Of a stretch of 38,111 nucleotides of DNA, positions 18,421-29,086 are shown piece by piece. Source of the stretch: an uncultured Methanosarcinales archaeon (lineage in GTDB: Archaea > Nanobdellota > Nanobdellia > Woesearchaeales > JAGVZT01); assembly GCA_964419615.1 (NCBI GenBank), contig CAYQPU010000014.1, positions 1-38,111 on the forward strand, written 5' to 3'. Under the pieces are notes generated by a model. It did not search any database. It saw only the letters and a program-made list of their open reading frames with translations, and had not been told where the DNA came from. The stretch's first letter is position 1. Each line of letters begins with the position of its first letter. Both the position numbers and the translations under genes were made by a program.

Positions 18421-18591
18421 ATGGTTAGAGTAGTTGAGAATTATGGCCAATACAAGATCACTATTCCAAAGGATCTAGCAGAAGATAAAGGCTGGAAATC
18501 AGGCACAGTTCTAAGATTTGTTGAAGATATGCAAGGCAGAGTTTTTATCAAAGTAGTTAGAAAATCAAAAAATGAAAAAACCAAAAAATAG
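18421..18591 (+). CDS. AbrB/MazE/SpoVT-family DNA-binding protein (56 aa; below ORF-track cutoff)
   Basis: MVRVVENYGQYKITIPKDLAEDKGWKSGTVLRFVEDMQGRVFIKVVRK...; fits the G.itIPk......g...G..l.f pattern; overlaps the giant ORF start by 20 nt. Confidence 0.85.
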   Translation: MVRVVENYGQYKITIPKDLAEDKGWKSGTVLRFVEDMQGRVFIKVVRKSKNEKTKK

Positions 18592-21500
18592 ATACAAAGT
18601 AAAAAATCCAGAAAAGTACTTTTATCTAAAGAACGGTAGAGTAATCAAGAGTCTTGAAGAACTCCCTTATGCAATCAGAGTTATCAACCAATCAGAATTC
18701 TCAGAACATGTAAATGAAAAGAAAAATGACTTTGCAAACTGGGTCAAACATGTATTTGGAAAAGAAGCACTAGCAAAATCTCTAAATAACAAAACCTCAA
18801 AAGAAGAATTTACACGAGAAATAGACAATTACCTAAACAAAGATAGAACTCATTCATTCTCAAGTGCAATCATCGCAACAGCAATAATCTTTATGATCCT
18901 AATTGCAGGACTATTTGTATTAAAACCAACTATCACAGGATTTGTAGTGCAAGAAGAACTAACAAAGTACACCAATGAATTAAACCTGCAGATTAATGAA
19001 AGTGGAGCTTTCCAACTCGACATGCCAGTCCAAGGAGAATTAACATCATTTACAATAACTGGACAATTAATAGGAAATGGAACTGCAAGTGTATACTTTG
19101 AGGACAAATTAGTGTACAACTCAAAGAAAAATCTGATTAACTCAATAACAGGATTAATAGCTGGCAATGAAAAACAAGTAAAACTAAAAAACAAAACAAA
19201 ACAAAAGCAAGACAACAATACCAATCAAAGCATCAATAACTCAAACAACTCAGAAGAGCAGCCAAAAGAAACACAAAAACAAGAAACTGATGAAGTGATT
19301 ACTACAGAATTCTCAGATATATGTCAGGAAACCTGTTCACTAAATATAAACAAGACCTCCTATACAATCTCATATAATATTGAAAACGTCAAGCTGTTAA
19401 TTAAAAACATCTCTTACACCCTTAGAACTAAAGAGGAGGTTGACAATGAACCTCCTCTTTTTGTTCTTACAGATGAATTAGTGGCGAAAGGAGAACAAAC
19501 ATATGATCTTAATCAATTCTTTGACGATCCTGATAAAGACTCTTTAGTATTTGTCACACTAGATACTGAAAACTTGACACTTGATGTAAATAACAATATC
19601 TTAACAGTTTCTCCAGATCAAGGGTTTGAAGGAAAAAGAGAAATAACTGTTTTTGCAAGTGATTCATATAGCACAGTCAAAGACAAAATTCAAATTGTAG
19701 TTGTAAATGAAAGTTTTCAGGTTGGGGAAATTGTTGTTGAAATTCCAAAAGAAGAACCAAAAGAACAACAACAAGAAAACACAACCCAAAAACAAAACAC
19801 AACTGTAGAAGCAAACCAAACAATTGAGCAAAACACAACAGAAATCATATTTCAAAATGAAACAGTAAACTTGACTACTCAAACAAATCTAACTGATATT
19901 AATTTAACTCTACTTAATGCTAGTGAACTAAACATCACAGATCAAGATCTAGAAGAAGAGCTTGCAAACCTAACACAGATGCAGGCTGAGGTGGGAAAAC
20001 CTGTTAAATGGGTAAAAGAGGTAAGTGCAATTAATCTTGGACCTTCACCTAAGCCTGTCATCTTTTCTTTAGACATTCCACTTGAATCAACAAATATTGT
20101 AATTAAAGAAAAAAGAAGCGGGAACACTGTATCAAAAGAACTTAAAGTCAAAGAAATAAAAGATAAAAAAGAGAAAAAAGCAAAACGAATATCATTCCAG
20201 CACACACTAGAACCTGAATATATTGCTGAATTTGAAATAGAATTTGAAACAGAATCTCCAAAACTAGAAGAAAAACAAGCAGTAACAGACATCAGATATA
20301 CAAAAGAAATTGTAATCAAATCAAATGCCTCTGTACACTACAAAAATGTGATGGCTTTTACAGATATTGCAGAAGCACCACAAAACATGATTAAATTATA
20401 TCATGTGGTGAATGGAACTCGAACAGAAGTACAAATTGATGTTTACAATGACACTAATGAAAACGGAAGAATTGATAGAATACATTGGACAGTACCAATG
20501 CTAAGCGAGCAAAGTTATGAAGTAAGCATTGACATACTGAACCTGCAAAGCAACCCACAAGTTGGCAGCTATTGGACAACAAACTTTGTCACAGTTGGAC
20601 AGGCAGATCTAACAATTAATGGTTCATCAGGCACAATATATGGCACAGATCTTGAATTTGTAGAATTAAAATGTGGAGACACTGTTGTTAATACAAACTA
20701 TGATGGAAACAAAGTCCAAGTCTCAAACTATCAATGTGATGAAACATCCCACCACAAAGTAAGAGTAATCACATCTGGAAAACACACTCAAAAATTCATG
20801 TTTGGTGGAGCAGTAGGATATGCAAATAACTTTGCAAGCGAATTACCAAGCACACTTAATATTCAGGGTAAATTAACAAACTCAACAGGCGGACTAGTAA
20901 ATGCATCAGCTGATTTTGTATTTAGAATATATAATGTGAGCTCTGGAGGAACAGCGCTTTGGACTGAGGCTCAGACTTTAACAGTTGATACTGGAATTTA
21001 TGACGCAATCCTAGGCTCTGTAACTGCTATCACACTAGAATTTGATGTACCGTATTATCTTGGTGTTGAAGTAAACAGTGATGGAGAAATGAGTCCAAGG
21101 TTAAACTTGACAAGCGCCCCATATGCAAGAAGAGCACACAAAGCAGAAATGGCACTATTAGTTGAAAACAATGTTGTTGGAAGTGATCAATTAAATGATA
21201 CTGAATGTAGTGATGGTGAAGTTTATAAAAAATCAGGAGGTACTTGGGTTTGTGCTCTTGACTCTGGCCTAGGAACTGAATCAGACACTCTTGAAACTGT
21301 TGCTAATAGAAGTTCAGTAACCACGCATGGCTTAACAATAGATAGTGATGGAAACAATCTAACAAATATTTCAAGCACATTCTATGTTGATGGTAACCAA
21401 AGTAAAGTTGGTATACTAACAGCAAGCCCTTCATCTGAATTTCAGGTTATAGGTACTGGAAACTTCTCAACAGATGTTATAGTAGCAGGCCAGAGTGTAT

Positions 21501-24500
21501 GCCAAGAAGATGGAACCAATTGTCCAGCAGGAGCAGGGTCTGTTAGTCCATGGACAAATGACTCAAGCAACATCTATCCATTATATAGTAACCTAAATGT
21601 CTCAATGGACAACAATCTATTTTTCATGCATCCTGTATTAAATAGAATTGGTCTGAACACATACTTTCCAACTGTACTATTAGATATTAATGGTAGTATG
21701 AATGTAACCTCATTAACTGGGATGGTCTCAACTCCGACTTTGTGTTTAAATGGGAGTTGTAGAGCCACTTGGCCCTCAGGTACAATCACAGGATCAGGAG
21801 CAATAGATACAATCACCTTTTGGACTGGAACAACTTCAATAAGTTCAAACACAAACCTAACCTGGAACAACAGCCTCAGCAGATTAGGAATTAAAACCAC
21901 ATCTCCCTCACATGAACTAGCAGTTGTTGGCACAGCCAATATAACCGGAGATGTTATAGTTGCAGGCCAGAGTGTCTGTCAAGAAGATGGAACCAACTGT
22001 CCAGCAGGAGCAACCTCAGTAAGCCCATGGATTAATGACTCAAGTGACATATACCCATCAAGTAGTCTGAACATAACAGTAGACACAAACCTAATGTTTA
22101 TCCACCCAGGTATTGATAGAATTGGAATTGGCACAATGTATCCTTCAACAAAATTAGATGTCAATGGTTCAATTAACATAAGTGATGCAAGTGCAAGTAT
22201 GTACACTCCCGAGCTTTGCTTGAATGGTAGCTGTAGAGGAGATTGGCCAGCCGGAACAATCACTGGATCAGGAGCAATAAATACAATAACCTTCTGGACA
22301 TCAGCAACTACAATTAGCTCTAATACAAACTTAACCTGGAACAATACAATTAGTAGGTTAGGAATAAAAACCATGTCTCCTTCTCATGAATTAGCAATAG
22401 TTGGAACAGCCAATGTAACAGGAGATGTTATTGTTGCAGGTCAGAGTGTCTGTCAGGAAGACGGAACCAACTGTCCAGAAGGAGCAACATCAGTAAGTCC
22501 CTGGACTAATGACTCAAGTGACATATATCCCTCAAGTAGTTTGAACATAACAGTTGACACAAATCTAATGTTCATACACCCAGGCATTGACAGAATAGGA
22601 ATTGGGACGGTAAATCCAGCAACAAAACTAGATGTGTTTGGAGATATAAATGTAAGCAGTGCTATATCTGGAGTTTACACACCTCAATTATGTTTAAATG
22701 GCAGCTGTAGATCCACTTGGCCAGCTGGTACAATCACAGGAGCAGGAGCAGCAGATGCAGTAACATTTTGGACAAGTGATAGTTCAATCAGTTCAGATTA
22801 TAATCTAACTTGGAACAACACTCAAAAAAGATTAGGAATAGGAACAAGTTCGCCAGCAGCACCAGTACATATAACAGGAATGGCATCAGGATATGATGCA
22901 AGTCCATCACTAATAATAGACACACTCTCAAACACAGTTGCAGATCTATTATATAATGCTCAAAATGTTCAAAAATGGATAATCTCTATGAGAGATGCAG
23001 CAGCAGACAATGATCTAAGATTCTACAGATACAATGGGTCATGGCAACCTGTTTTAGTCTTAAACAGAACAAAAGGCTATGTTGGAATCGGAACCATTAC
23101 TCCAAAAGCTTTAATGGACATAGGTGGAGGAGTAGCAAACTTTATTGATGGAGCTAATGACTTACTTGTAAGAAACGATGTTGAAATAGATGGCAACCTT
23201 TATGTTGGTGGTAACATAAGTGGAAGCCTTGGTGCAACAGATATTCAAGACATCTGGGTGAATGAATCAGGTGATACAATGAATGGTTCACTAACATTTA
23301 ACAATGTAGCAAAAGACATTGAAACCCCAGCATCTCAGAACTTTGTAATATTCCCTGGAGCAAATGTTGGAATTGGAACAACCGGACCTTCAGTAAAACT
23401 AGATGTTAATGGATCAATAAATGTAAGTGACAGTACAGGTTCTTTACATACTACACAAGTATGTTTGAATGGCAGCTGTAGAGGAGATTGGCCAGCCGGA
23501 ACCATTACTGGATCAGGACTTGCAAACAGAACTGCATTTTGGCTATCAGCAACAGAATTAAGTTATGATGGAAACTTTACTTGGGACACAACAGCAAAAA
23601 GATTAGGAATAGGAACAGACTCACCATCACATGAATTATCAGTAATTGGAACAGCCAATGTATCAACAGATGTAATCGTTGCAGGTCAGAGTGTATGTCA
23701 AGAAGATGGAACAAATTGTCCGGAAGGAGCAACCTCAGTAAGCCCATGGACAAATGACTCAAGTAATATTTATCCAGTTGGAGATCACAATGTAACAGTT
23801 GACACTAATCTATTATTTGTCCACCCTGGAATAGATAGGATTGGAATCAATACAATCTACCCTACAACAGAACTTGAAATAAATGGATCATTAAATGTGA
23901 CAGGATCCACAAGTTCAGTCTTTGCAACACAATTATGCCTGAATGGAACTTGTAGAGGAGACTGGCCAGCAGGAACAATCACAGGCTCAGGATCAATAGA
24001 CACAGTAACATTTTGGACAAGTGAAACATCGATAGGATCTGATTCAAACTTCATATGGAATAATACAGACAAAAGACTCGGAATCGGAATGGGTTCTCCA
24101 TCTCATGAACTAGCAGTTTTAGGTTCAGCAAATGTAACTTCAGATGTAATAGTTGGACGAAACTTATCTGTAAATGGTACAGGTACTTTTAATGAAGAAG
24201 TAAAAGTTGCAGGACAAAGTGTATGTAGAGCAGATGGAACAAACTGTCCAGCAGGAGCAACCTCAGTAAGTCCTTGGGTTAATGATTCTAGTGATATCTA
24301 CCCAACAAGCATATGGAATGTTACAATAAATAACACACTGTTCTTTGCAAACCAAGTATTATATAGAATAGGAATTGGGACAGCTGGACCAAACGCACTA
24401 TTTGATATTGGTGGAGGAGTAGTAAGTTTCATTGATGGAGTTGATGATTTATTAGTAAAGGGAGATGCAGAAATTGATGGAAGTCTATGGGCTGAAAACA

Positions 24501-27500
24501 ACATCTCTGCAAATATTGTATCTGGAAACACAATCATAGGTAACATTAGTGCAGGTTATGTAGAAGATATTTGGGTAAACACTTCAGGAGACAACATGAC
24601 AGGGAGTCTTCAGTTTACAAAAGTAACAGAAGACATCAAAACAAATGCTTCAGAACATCTTGCCTTAATGCCTGGAGGCAATGTTGGAATAAAAACAACA
24701 AATCCTTCACACGACTTCACAGTATTAGGAGATGCAAATATTAGTTCAGATTTAATAGTCGGAGGCGTGGGTAATTTCACAACAGATGTACAAGTTGCTG
24801 GAGAAAGCGTATGTCAAGAAGATGGAACAAACTGTCCAGCAGGAGCAACCTCAGTAAGTCCTTGGGTTAATGATTCTAGTGATATCTACCCAACAAGCAT
24901 ATGGAATGTTACAATAAATAACACACTGTTCTTTGCAAACCAAGTATTATATAGAATAGGAATTGGGACAGCTGGACCAAACGCACTATTTGATATTGGT
25001 GGAGGAGTAGTAAGTTTCATTGATGGAGTTGATGATTTATTAGTAAAGGGAGATGCAGAAATTGATGGAAGTCTATGGGCTGAAAACAACATCTCTGCAA
25101 ATATTGTATCTGGAAACACAATCATAGGTAACATTAGTGCAGGTTATGTAGAAGATATTTGGGTAAACACTTCAGGAGACAACATGACAGGGAGTCTTCA
25201 GTTTACAAAAGTAACAGAAGACATCAAAACAAATGCTTCAGAACATCTTGCCTTAATGCCTGGAGGAAATGTCGGAATAAAAACAACAGATCCTTCTCAT
25301 GATCTTACTGTACTAGGAGATTCAAATGTTAGTTCTAACCTTTATGTTGGAGGAGATGCAATAGTTGAGGGTGTTGGTAACTTCACCACAGATGTTCAGG
25401 TTAGTGGTCAAAGTGTATGTCAGGAAGATGGCACCAATTGTCCAGAAGGCGCAACCTCAGTAAGTCCCTGGACCAATGACTCGAGTAAAATATATCCATC
25501 AAGCAGCTTGAATGTGACTGTTGACACTAACTTGCTATTTATACATCCCGCCATTGACAGAATAGGTATTAATACAATCTACCCTACGACAAAGCTTGAT
25601 GTAAATGGTTCAATAAATATAAGTGATGCTAGTGCCAGTATGTACACTCCACAACTTTGTTTGAACGGAACATGTAGGGGAGACTGGCCACAAGGAACTT
25701 TGACTGGAGCAGGAGCAGCAGATACAATAACTTTTTGGACTGGAGAAAGTACAGTCAGCTATGATTATAACTTGACTTGGAATAACACTCAAAAAAGATT
25801 GGGGATCGGAACTTCAGAGCCAAGCCATGAATTGGCTGTTGTTGGCTCGGCAAACATAACTTCAGATATAGTTGTGGGAGAAAACCTGACAGTTTCAAAT
25901 ACAGGTACATTCACTCAAGACGTAATAATTGCTGGCCAAAGTGCATGTAGAGAAGATGGCACAAACTGTCCAGAGGGAGCTTCTTCAGTAAGTCCATGGA
26001 TCAATGACACCACAAAAGTTTATCCAAGAGACATATGGAATATTACAATAAACAACACCCTATTTTTTGCAAACCAGTTCCTTGATAGGATAGGAATTGG
26101 AACTGCAGGTCCTAATGCATTATTTGATGTGGGCGGGGCAACTTTAAGTTATGTGGATGGTGTAGATGATTTGATAGTAAAAGATGATGTTGAATTAAAT
26201 GGTGCCCTTTATGTTGGTGGGGCAAATGAAAGTGTGATTGGCAGTGGTGGTCTGTCTCTTGAAGGAAATCTTACAATGAATGATCAGAACATATTTGATG
26301 CTGGAACAGTGCAGGCAAACATTCTCACTGATCCTGATGATGCAGTATTAACAGTTGATGATGACCTTGCACTAACTTCTGGAGACCAGATCACCTTCCC
26401 TAGTGAAGACACAGATAAAATATACTGGAGCGGAACTGATTATGGGACAGGAATTGAAGCAAACACACTAACATCTTGGGCAGTTGCGCAGTTCCGATGG
26501 AGAATAGGTGGAACAACTGCAGGAACAGGTAATGAAACAATGACCTTAGATAGCGCTGGAGATCTAAGTGTTGACGGTGCACTCAGTGTTGGAGATACTA
26601 CTCCTGATGGAAATAATTATCATACCTTTGGAACAGGAGATGCAGATGAAGTTGAAATTAATGGAACAAGTGATGTGTACATATCTGGAGATCTTGAAAT
26701 AGATGGCATATTTTATGGTCTCATTGAAGCCTCAAATGTTGTAGATATCTGGGTAAATGAAACAGGAGACACCATGAGTGGAAACCTGAATATGTCTGAT
26801 ACAAATATCACAGATATTAACATAATAATTGTTGATACAATTACTGACAAAGACTCCTCAATCACAATAGATGATGATCTAGCGCTCACATCACAAGATC
26901 AAATTTCATTTGTAAGTGAAGTAGCAGACAAAATACTTTGGAGTGGAAACACATATGGAACCGGAGTTGAAGCAAACACACTCACTTCATGGTCAGCAAA
27001 CCAATTTAGATGGAGAACCGGTGGAACAAATGTTTCAACTGGAACAGAAATAATGAAAGTGGATAGGGGAGGTAATCTAAGCATAGATGGCCTACTCTCT
27101 GTTGGAGACACCTCACCAGACGGAAACGAATACCACACATTTGGAGTAGGAGATGCAGATGAATCAGGAATCAATAGTACTGATGATGTTTATGTAAGTG
27201 GAAACTTAGAAATTGATGGAACATTCTATGGGACAGTTGGGGCTGGAAATGTAGAGGACATTTGGGTAAATGCGAGTGGAGATACAATGACTGGCAACCT
27301 AACAATGGCTGACAGCCACATATTTGATGCAAACATAATCGAGGCAAACACACTAAGAGATCCTGAAGATGAAGCAATAACAATTGCAGACAACTTATCC
27401 ATGGGTTCAACAAACAGCATAGTATTTGCAAGCGAAAATGGAAACAAGATCTTTTGGAGCGGAACTGGTTATGGAACAGGTGTAGAAGCAAGTGCTTTAA

Positions 27501-29086
27501 CAATGTGGTCTTCCTCAATATTTAGATGGAGAGCAGGAGGTGGAACCGCATCGTCAGGAACCGAAACAATGCTTTTAGAAAGTGATGGAGCCCTGAGCAT
27601 TGATGGTCCACTCTCTGCAGGAGACAGCTCTCCAGATAGTAATGATTACCACACATTTGGAGTAGGAGATGCAGATGAATCAGGAATCAATAGTACTGAT
27701 GATGTTTATGTAAGTGGAGATTTGGAAGTTGACGGTAACTTCTATGGTGTGATTGACTCTGGAAGTGTAGTTGATATCTGGGTAAATGCTAGTGGTGATA
27801 CAATGACTGGAGACTTAAACATGTCTAATAACCAGATCAATAACGCAAGTGTTGTTGAAACAGACATTCTATTGGTGTCAAGAATTGAAGATTCTGATAG
27901 TTCTGTAACAATGAATGACACCTTGCTATTTACAACAGATAATCAATTGGAATTTGCATCACAAAATGCTGATAAAATATATTATAATAGTAATACCTTT
28001 GGTCTTGGCACTGAAGCAGATGCCTTAACAACATGGGCTGCGAATGGATTTAGATGGAGATTTGGTGGAACGTCTGCTAGCTCTGGAACAGAAATAATGA
28101 CTCTGGATAGATCAGGTAATTTCTCTATAGATGGTGCAATATCTGTTGGAGACTCCTCACCAGATAGTCATGCTTGGCATGTATTTGGTTCAGGTGAAAA
28201 AGAAGAAATAGGAATTACTGGCCTAAATGATGTATATATTTCTGGAAATTTAGAAGTAGATGGAAACATATTTGGAAGTGTTGACAATGGTTCTGTTTCA
28301 GACATTTGGGTCAATGAATCCGGCGACACCATGACAGGCAACCTAACCATGGGAGACAATAGTATCCTTGATGCAAATGTCATCCAAACAAACATCATAG
28401 AAGATTCTGAGGATGGAGCTGTAACAATAAATGATAATTTAACATTAGCATCAGGAGGTAGAATAAACTTTGCAACAGAAATTGGTGACAAAATCTGGTG
28501 GAATGGGAACATATATGGTGCAGGTCTTGAAGCAGACACAATAACACTTTGGTCAGCTAATAGATTTAGATGGAGAGTTGGTGGCACAAATGTTAGCACT
28601 GGAACAGAAACAATGGTATTACAAAACACAGGTGCTTTGAGCATTGATGGTGTGTTAAGTGCAGGAGATACAACTCCTGATGGCAATGCTTACCACACAT
28701 TTGGAACTGGAGATGCAGACGAGGTAGCTATTGTTGATGGAGAAGATGTATTCATAAGTGGAGATCTTGAAATAGATGGAACACTATATGGTTCAATACC
28801 TCCAGGAAGTATCCAGGATATTTGGGTCAATGAATCCGGCGACACCATGACAGGTAACCTAACAATGTCAGACACCAACATATTTGATGTAAACACACTT
28901 CAAACCAATACAATTGAAGATGGAGAAGATGGCTTCCTAACAATTGATGACAATATCACTTTGACCTCTGGGGACAGAATAAACTATGCAAATGAGGTAG
29001 GAGACAAAGTATATTGGAGTGGGTCCACATATGGAACTGGAATTGAAACAGACACCTTATCCTCTTGGTCAGCAATCCATTTCTGA
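18572..29086 (+). CDS. Giant membrane-anchored surface protein, part 1: DUF5752-like head, TM helix, Ig/cadherin-like region, then phage-tail-fibre-like repeats
   Basis: 3504 aa; TM FSSAIIATAIIFMILIAGLFVL plus ITGFVV; EMSPRLNLTSAPYA domain; 8x CxxDGTNCP, 6x CLNG[ST]CR, many RLGIGT..P and WVNx[ST]GD.M.G motifs; ends at a TGA inside a repeat. Confidence 0.88.
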   Translation: MKKPKNRYKVKNPEKYFYLKNGRVIKSLEELPYAIRVINQSEFSEHVNEKKNDFANWVKHVFGKEALAKSLNNKTSKEEFTREIDNYLNKDRTHSFSSAIIATAIIFMILIAGLFVLKPTITGFVVQEELTKYTNELNLQINESGAFQLDMPVQGELTSFTITGQLIGNGTASVYFEDKLVYNSKKNLINSITGLIAGNEKQVKLKNKTKQKQDNNTNQSINNSNNSEEQPKETQKQETDEVITTEFSDICQETCSLNINKTSYTISYNIENVKLLIKNISYTLRTKEEVDNEPPLFVLTDELVAKGEQTYDLNQFFDDPDKDSLVFVTLDTENLTLDVNNNILTVSPDQGFEGKREITVFASDSYSTVKDKIQIVVVNESFQVGEIVVEIPKEEPKEQQQENTTQKQNTTVEANQTIEQNTTEIIFQNETVNLTTQTNLTDINLTLLNASELNITDQDLEEELANLTQMQAEVGKPVKWVKEVSAINLGPSPKPVIFSLDIPLESTNIVIKEKRSGNTVSKELKVKEIKDKKEKKAKRISFQHTLEPEYIAEFEIEFETESPKLEEKQAVTDIRYTKEIVIKSNASVHYKNVMAFTDIAEAPQNMIKLYHVVNGTRTEVQIDVYNDTNENGRIDRIHWTVPMLSEQSYEVSIDILNLQSNPQVGSYWTTNFVTVGQADLTINGSSGTIYGTDLEFVELKCGDTVVNTNYDGNKVQVSNYQCDETSHHKVRVITSGKHTQKFMFGGAVGYANNFASELPSTLNIQGKLTNSTGGLVNASADFVFRIYNVSSGGTALWTEAQTLTVDTGIYDAILGSVTAITLEFDVPYYLGVEVNSDGEMSPRLNLTSAPYARRAHKAEMALLVENNVVGSDQLNDTECSDGEVYKKSGGTWVCALDSGLGTESDTLETVANRSSVTTHGLTIDSDGNNLTNISSTFYVDGNQSKVGILTASPSSEFQVIGTGNFSTDVIVAGQSVCQEDGTNCPAGAGSVSPWTNDSSNIYPLYSNLNVSMDNNLFFMHPVLNRIGLNTYFPTVLLDINGSMNVTSLTGMVSTPTLCLNGSCRATWPSGTITGSGAIDTITFWTGTTSISSNTNLTWNNSLSRLGIKTTSPSHELAVVGTANITGDVIVAGQSVCQEDGTNCPAGATSVSPWINDSSDIYPSSSLNITVDTNLMFIHPGIDRIGIGTMYPSTKLDVNGSINISDASASMYTPELCLNGSCRGDWPAGTITGSGAINTITFWTSATTISSNTNLTWNNTISRLGIKTMSPSHELAIVGTANVTGDVIVAGQSVCQEDGTNCPEGATSVSPWTNDSSDIYPSSSLNITVDTNLMFIHPGIDRIGIGTVNPATKLDVFGDINVSSAISGVYTPQLCLNGSCRSTWPAGTITGAGAADAVTFWTSDSSISSDYNLTWNNTQKRLGIGTSSPAAPVHITGMASGYDASPSLIIDTLSNTVADLLYNAQNVQKWIISMRDAAADNDLRFYRYNGSWQPVLVLNRTKGYVGIGTITPKALMDIGGGVANFIDGANDLLVRNDVEIDGNLYVGGNISGSLGATDIQDIWVNESGDTMNGSLTFNNVAKDIETPASQNFVIFPGANVGIGTTGPSVKLDVNGSINVSDSTGSLHTTQVCLNGSCRGDWPAGTITGSGLANRTAFWLSATELSYDGNFTWDTTAKRLGIGTDSPSHELSVIGTANVSTDVIVAGQSVCQEDGTNCPEGATSVSPWTNDSSNIYPVGDHNVTVDTNLLFVHPGIDRIGINTIYPTTELEINGSLNVTGSTSSVFATQLCLNGTCRGDWPAGTITGSGSIDTVTFWTSETSIGSDSNFIWNNTDKRLGIGMGSPSHELAVLGSANVTSDVIVGRNLSVNGTGTFNEEVKVAGQSVCRADGTNCPAGATSVSPWVNDSSDIYPTSIWNVTINNTLFFANQVLYRIGIGTAGPNALFDIGGGVVSFIDGVDDLLVKGDAEIDGSLWAENNISANIVSGNTIIGNISAGYVEDIWVNTSGDNMTGSLQFTKVTEDIKTNASEHLALMPGGNVGIKTTNPSHDFTVLGDANISSDLIVGGVGNFTTDVQVAGESVCQEDGTNCPAGATSVSPWVNDSSDIYPTSIWNVTINNTLFFANQVLYRIGIGTAGPNALFDIGGGVVSFIDGVDDLLVKGDAEIDGSLWAENNISANIVSGNTIIGNISAGYVEDIWVNTSGDNMTGSLQFTKVTEDIKTNASEHLALMPGGNVGIKTTDPSHDLTVLGDSNVSSNLYVGGDAIVEGVGNFTTDVQVSGQSVCQEDGTNCPEGATSVSPWTNDSSKIYPSSSLNVTVDTNLLFIHPAIDRIGINTIYPTTKLDVNGSINISDASASMYTPQLCLNGTCRGDWPQGTLTGAGAADTITFWTGESTVSYDYNLTWNNTQKRLGIGTSEPSHELAVVGSANITSDIVVGENLTVSNTGTFTQDVIIAGQSACREDGTNCPEGASSVSPWINDTTKVYPRDIWNITINNTLFFANQFLDRIGIGTAGPNALFDVGGATLSYVDGVDDLIVKDDVELNGALYVGGANESVIGSGGLSLEGNLTMNDQNIFDAGTVQANILTDPDDAVLTVDDDLALTSGDQITFPSEDTDKIYWSGTDYGTGIEANTLTSWAVAQFRWRIGGTTAGTGNETMTLDSAGDLSVDGALSVGDTTPDGNNYHTFGTGDADEVEINGTSDVYISGDLEIDGIFYGLIEASNVVDIWVNETGDTMSGNLNMSDTNITDINIIIVDTITDKDSSITIDDDLALTSQDQISFVSEVADKILWSGNTYGTGVEANTLTSWSANQFRWRTGGTNVSTGTEIMKVDRGGNLSIDGLLSVGDTSPDGNEYHTFGVGDADESGINSTDDVYVSGNLEIDGTFYGTVGAGNVEDIWVNASGDTMTGNLTMADSHIFDANIIEANTLRDPEDEAITIADNLSMGSTNSIVFASENGNKIFWSGTGYGTGVEASALTMWSSSIFRWRAGGGTASSGTETMLLESDGALSIDGPLSAGDSSPDSNDYHTFGVGDADESGINSTDDVYVSGDLEVDGNFYGVIDSGSVVDIWVNASGDTMTGDLNMSNNQINNASVVETDILLVSRIEDSDSSVTMNDTLLFTTDNQLEFASQNADKIYYNSNTFGLGTEADALTTWAANGFRWRFGGTSASSGTEIMTLDRSGNFSIDGAISVGDSSPDSHAWHVFGSGEKEEIGITGLNDVYISGNLEVDGNIFGSVDNGSVSDIWVNESGDTMTGNLTMGDNSILDANVIQTNIIEDSEDGAVTINDNLTLASGGRINFATEIGDKIWWNGNIYGAGLEADTITLWSANRFRWRVGGTNVSTGTETMVLQNTGALSIDGVLSAGDTTPDGNAYHTFGTGDADEVAIVDGEDVFISGDLEIDGTLYGSIPPGSIQDIWVNESGDTMTGNLTMSDTNIFDVNTLQTNTIEDGEDGFLTIDDNITLTSGDRINYANEVGDKVYWSGSTYGTGIETDTLSSWSAIHF
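24232..25266 (+). repeat. Two identical 447-bp blocks (24232-24678 and 24820-25266; 588-bp period) within the fibre gene
   Basis: Base-by-base comparison showed no mismatch; the ORF track also has identical antisense ORFs at 24298 and 24886. Confidence 0.9.

Noticed and set aside
29084-29086. Selenocysteine codon
   Set aside because: The position is Arg in six paralogous repeats, not Cys, and there is no redox-motif context.
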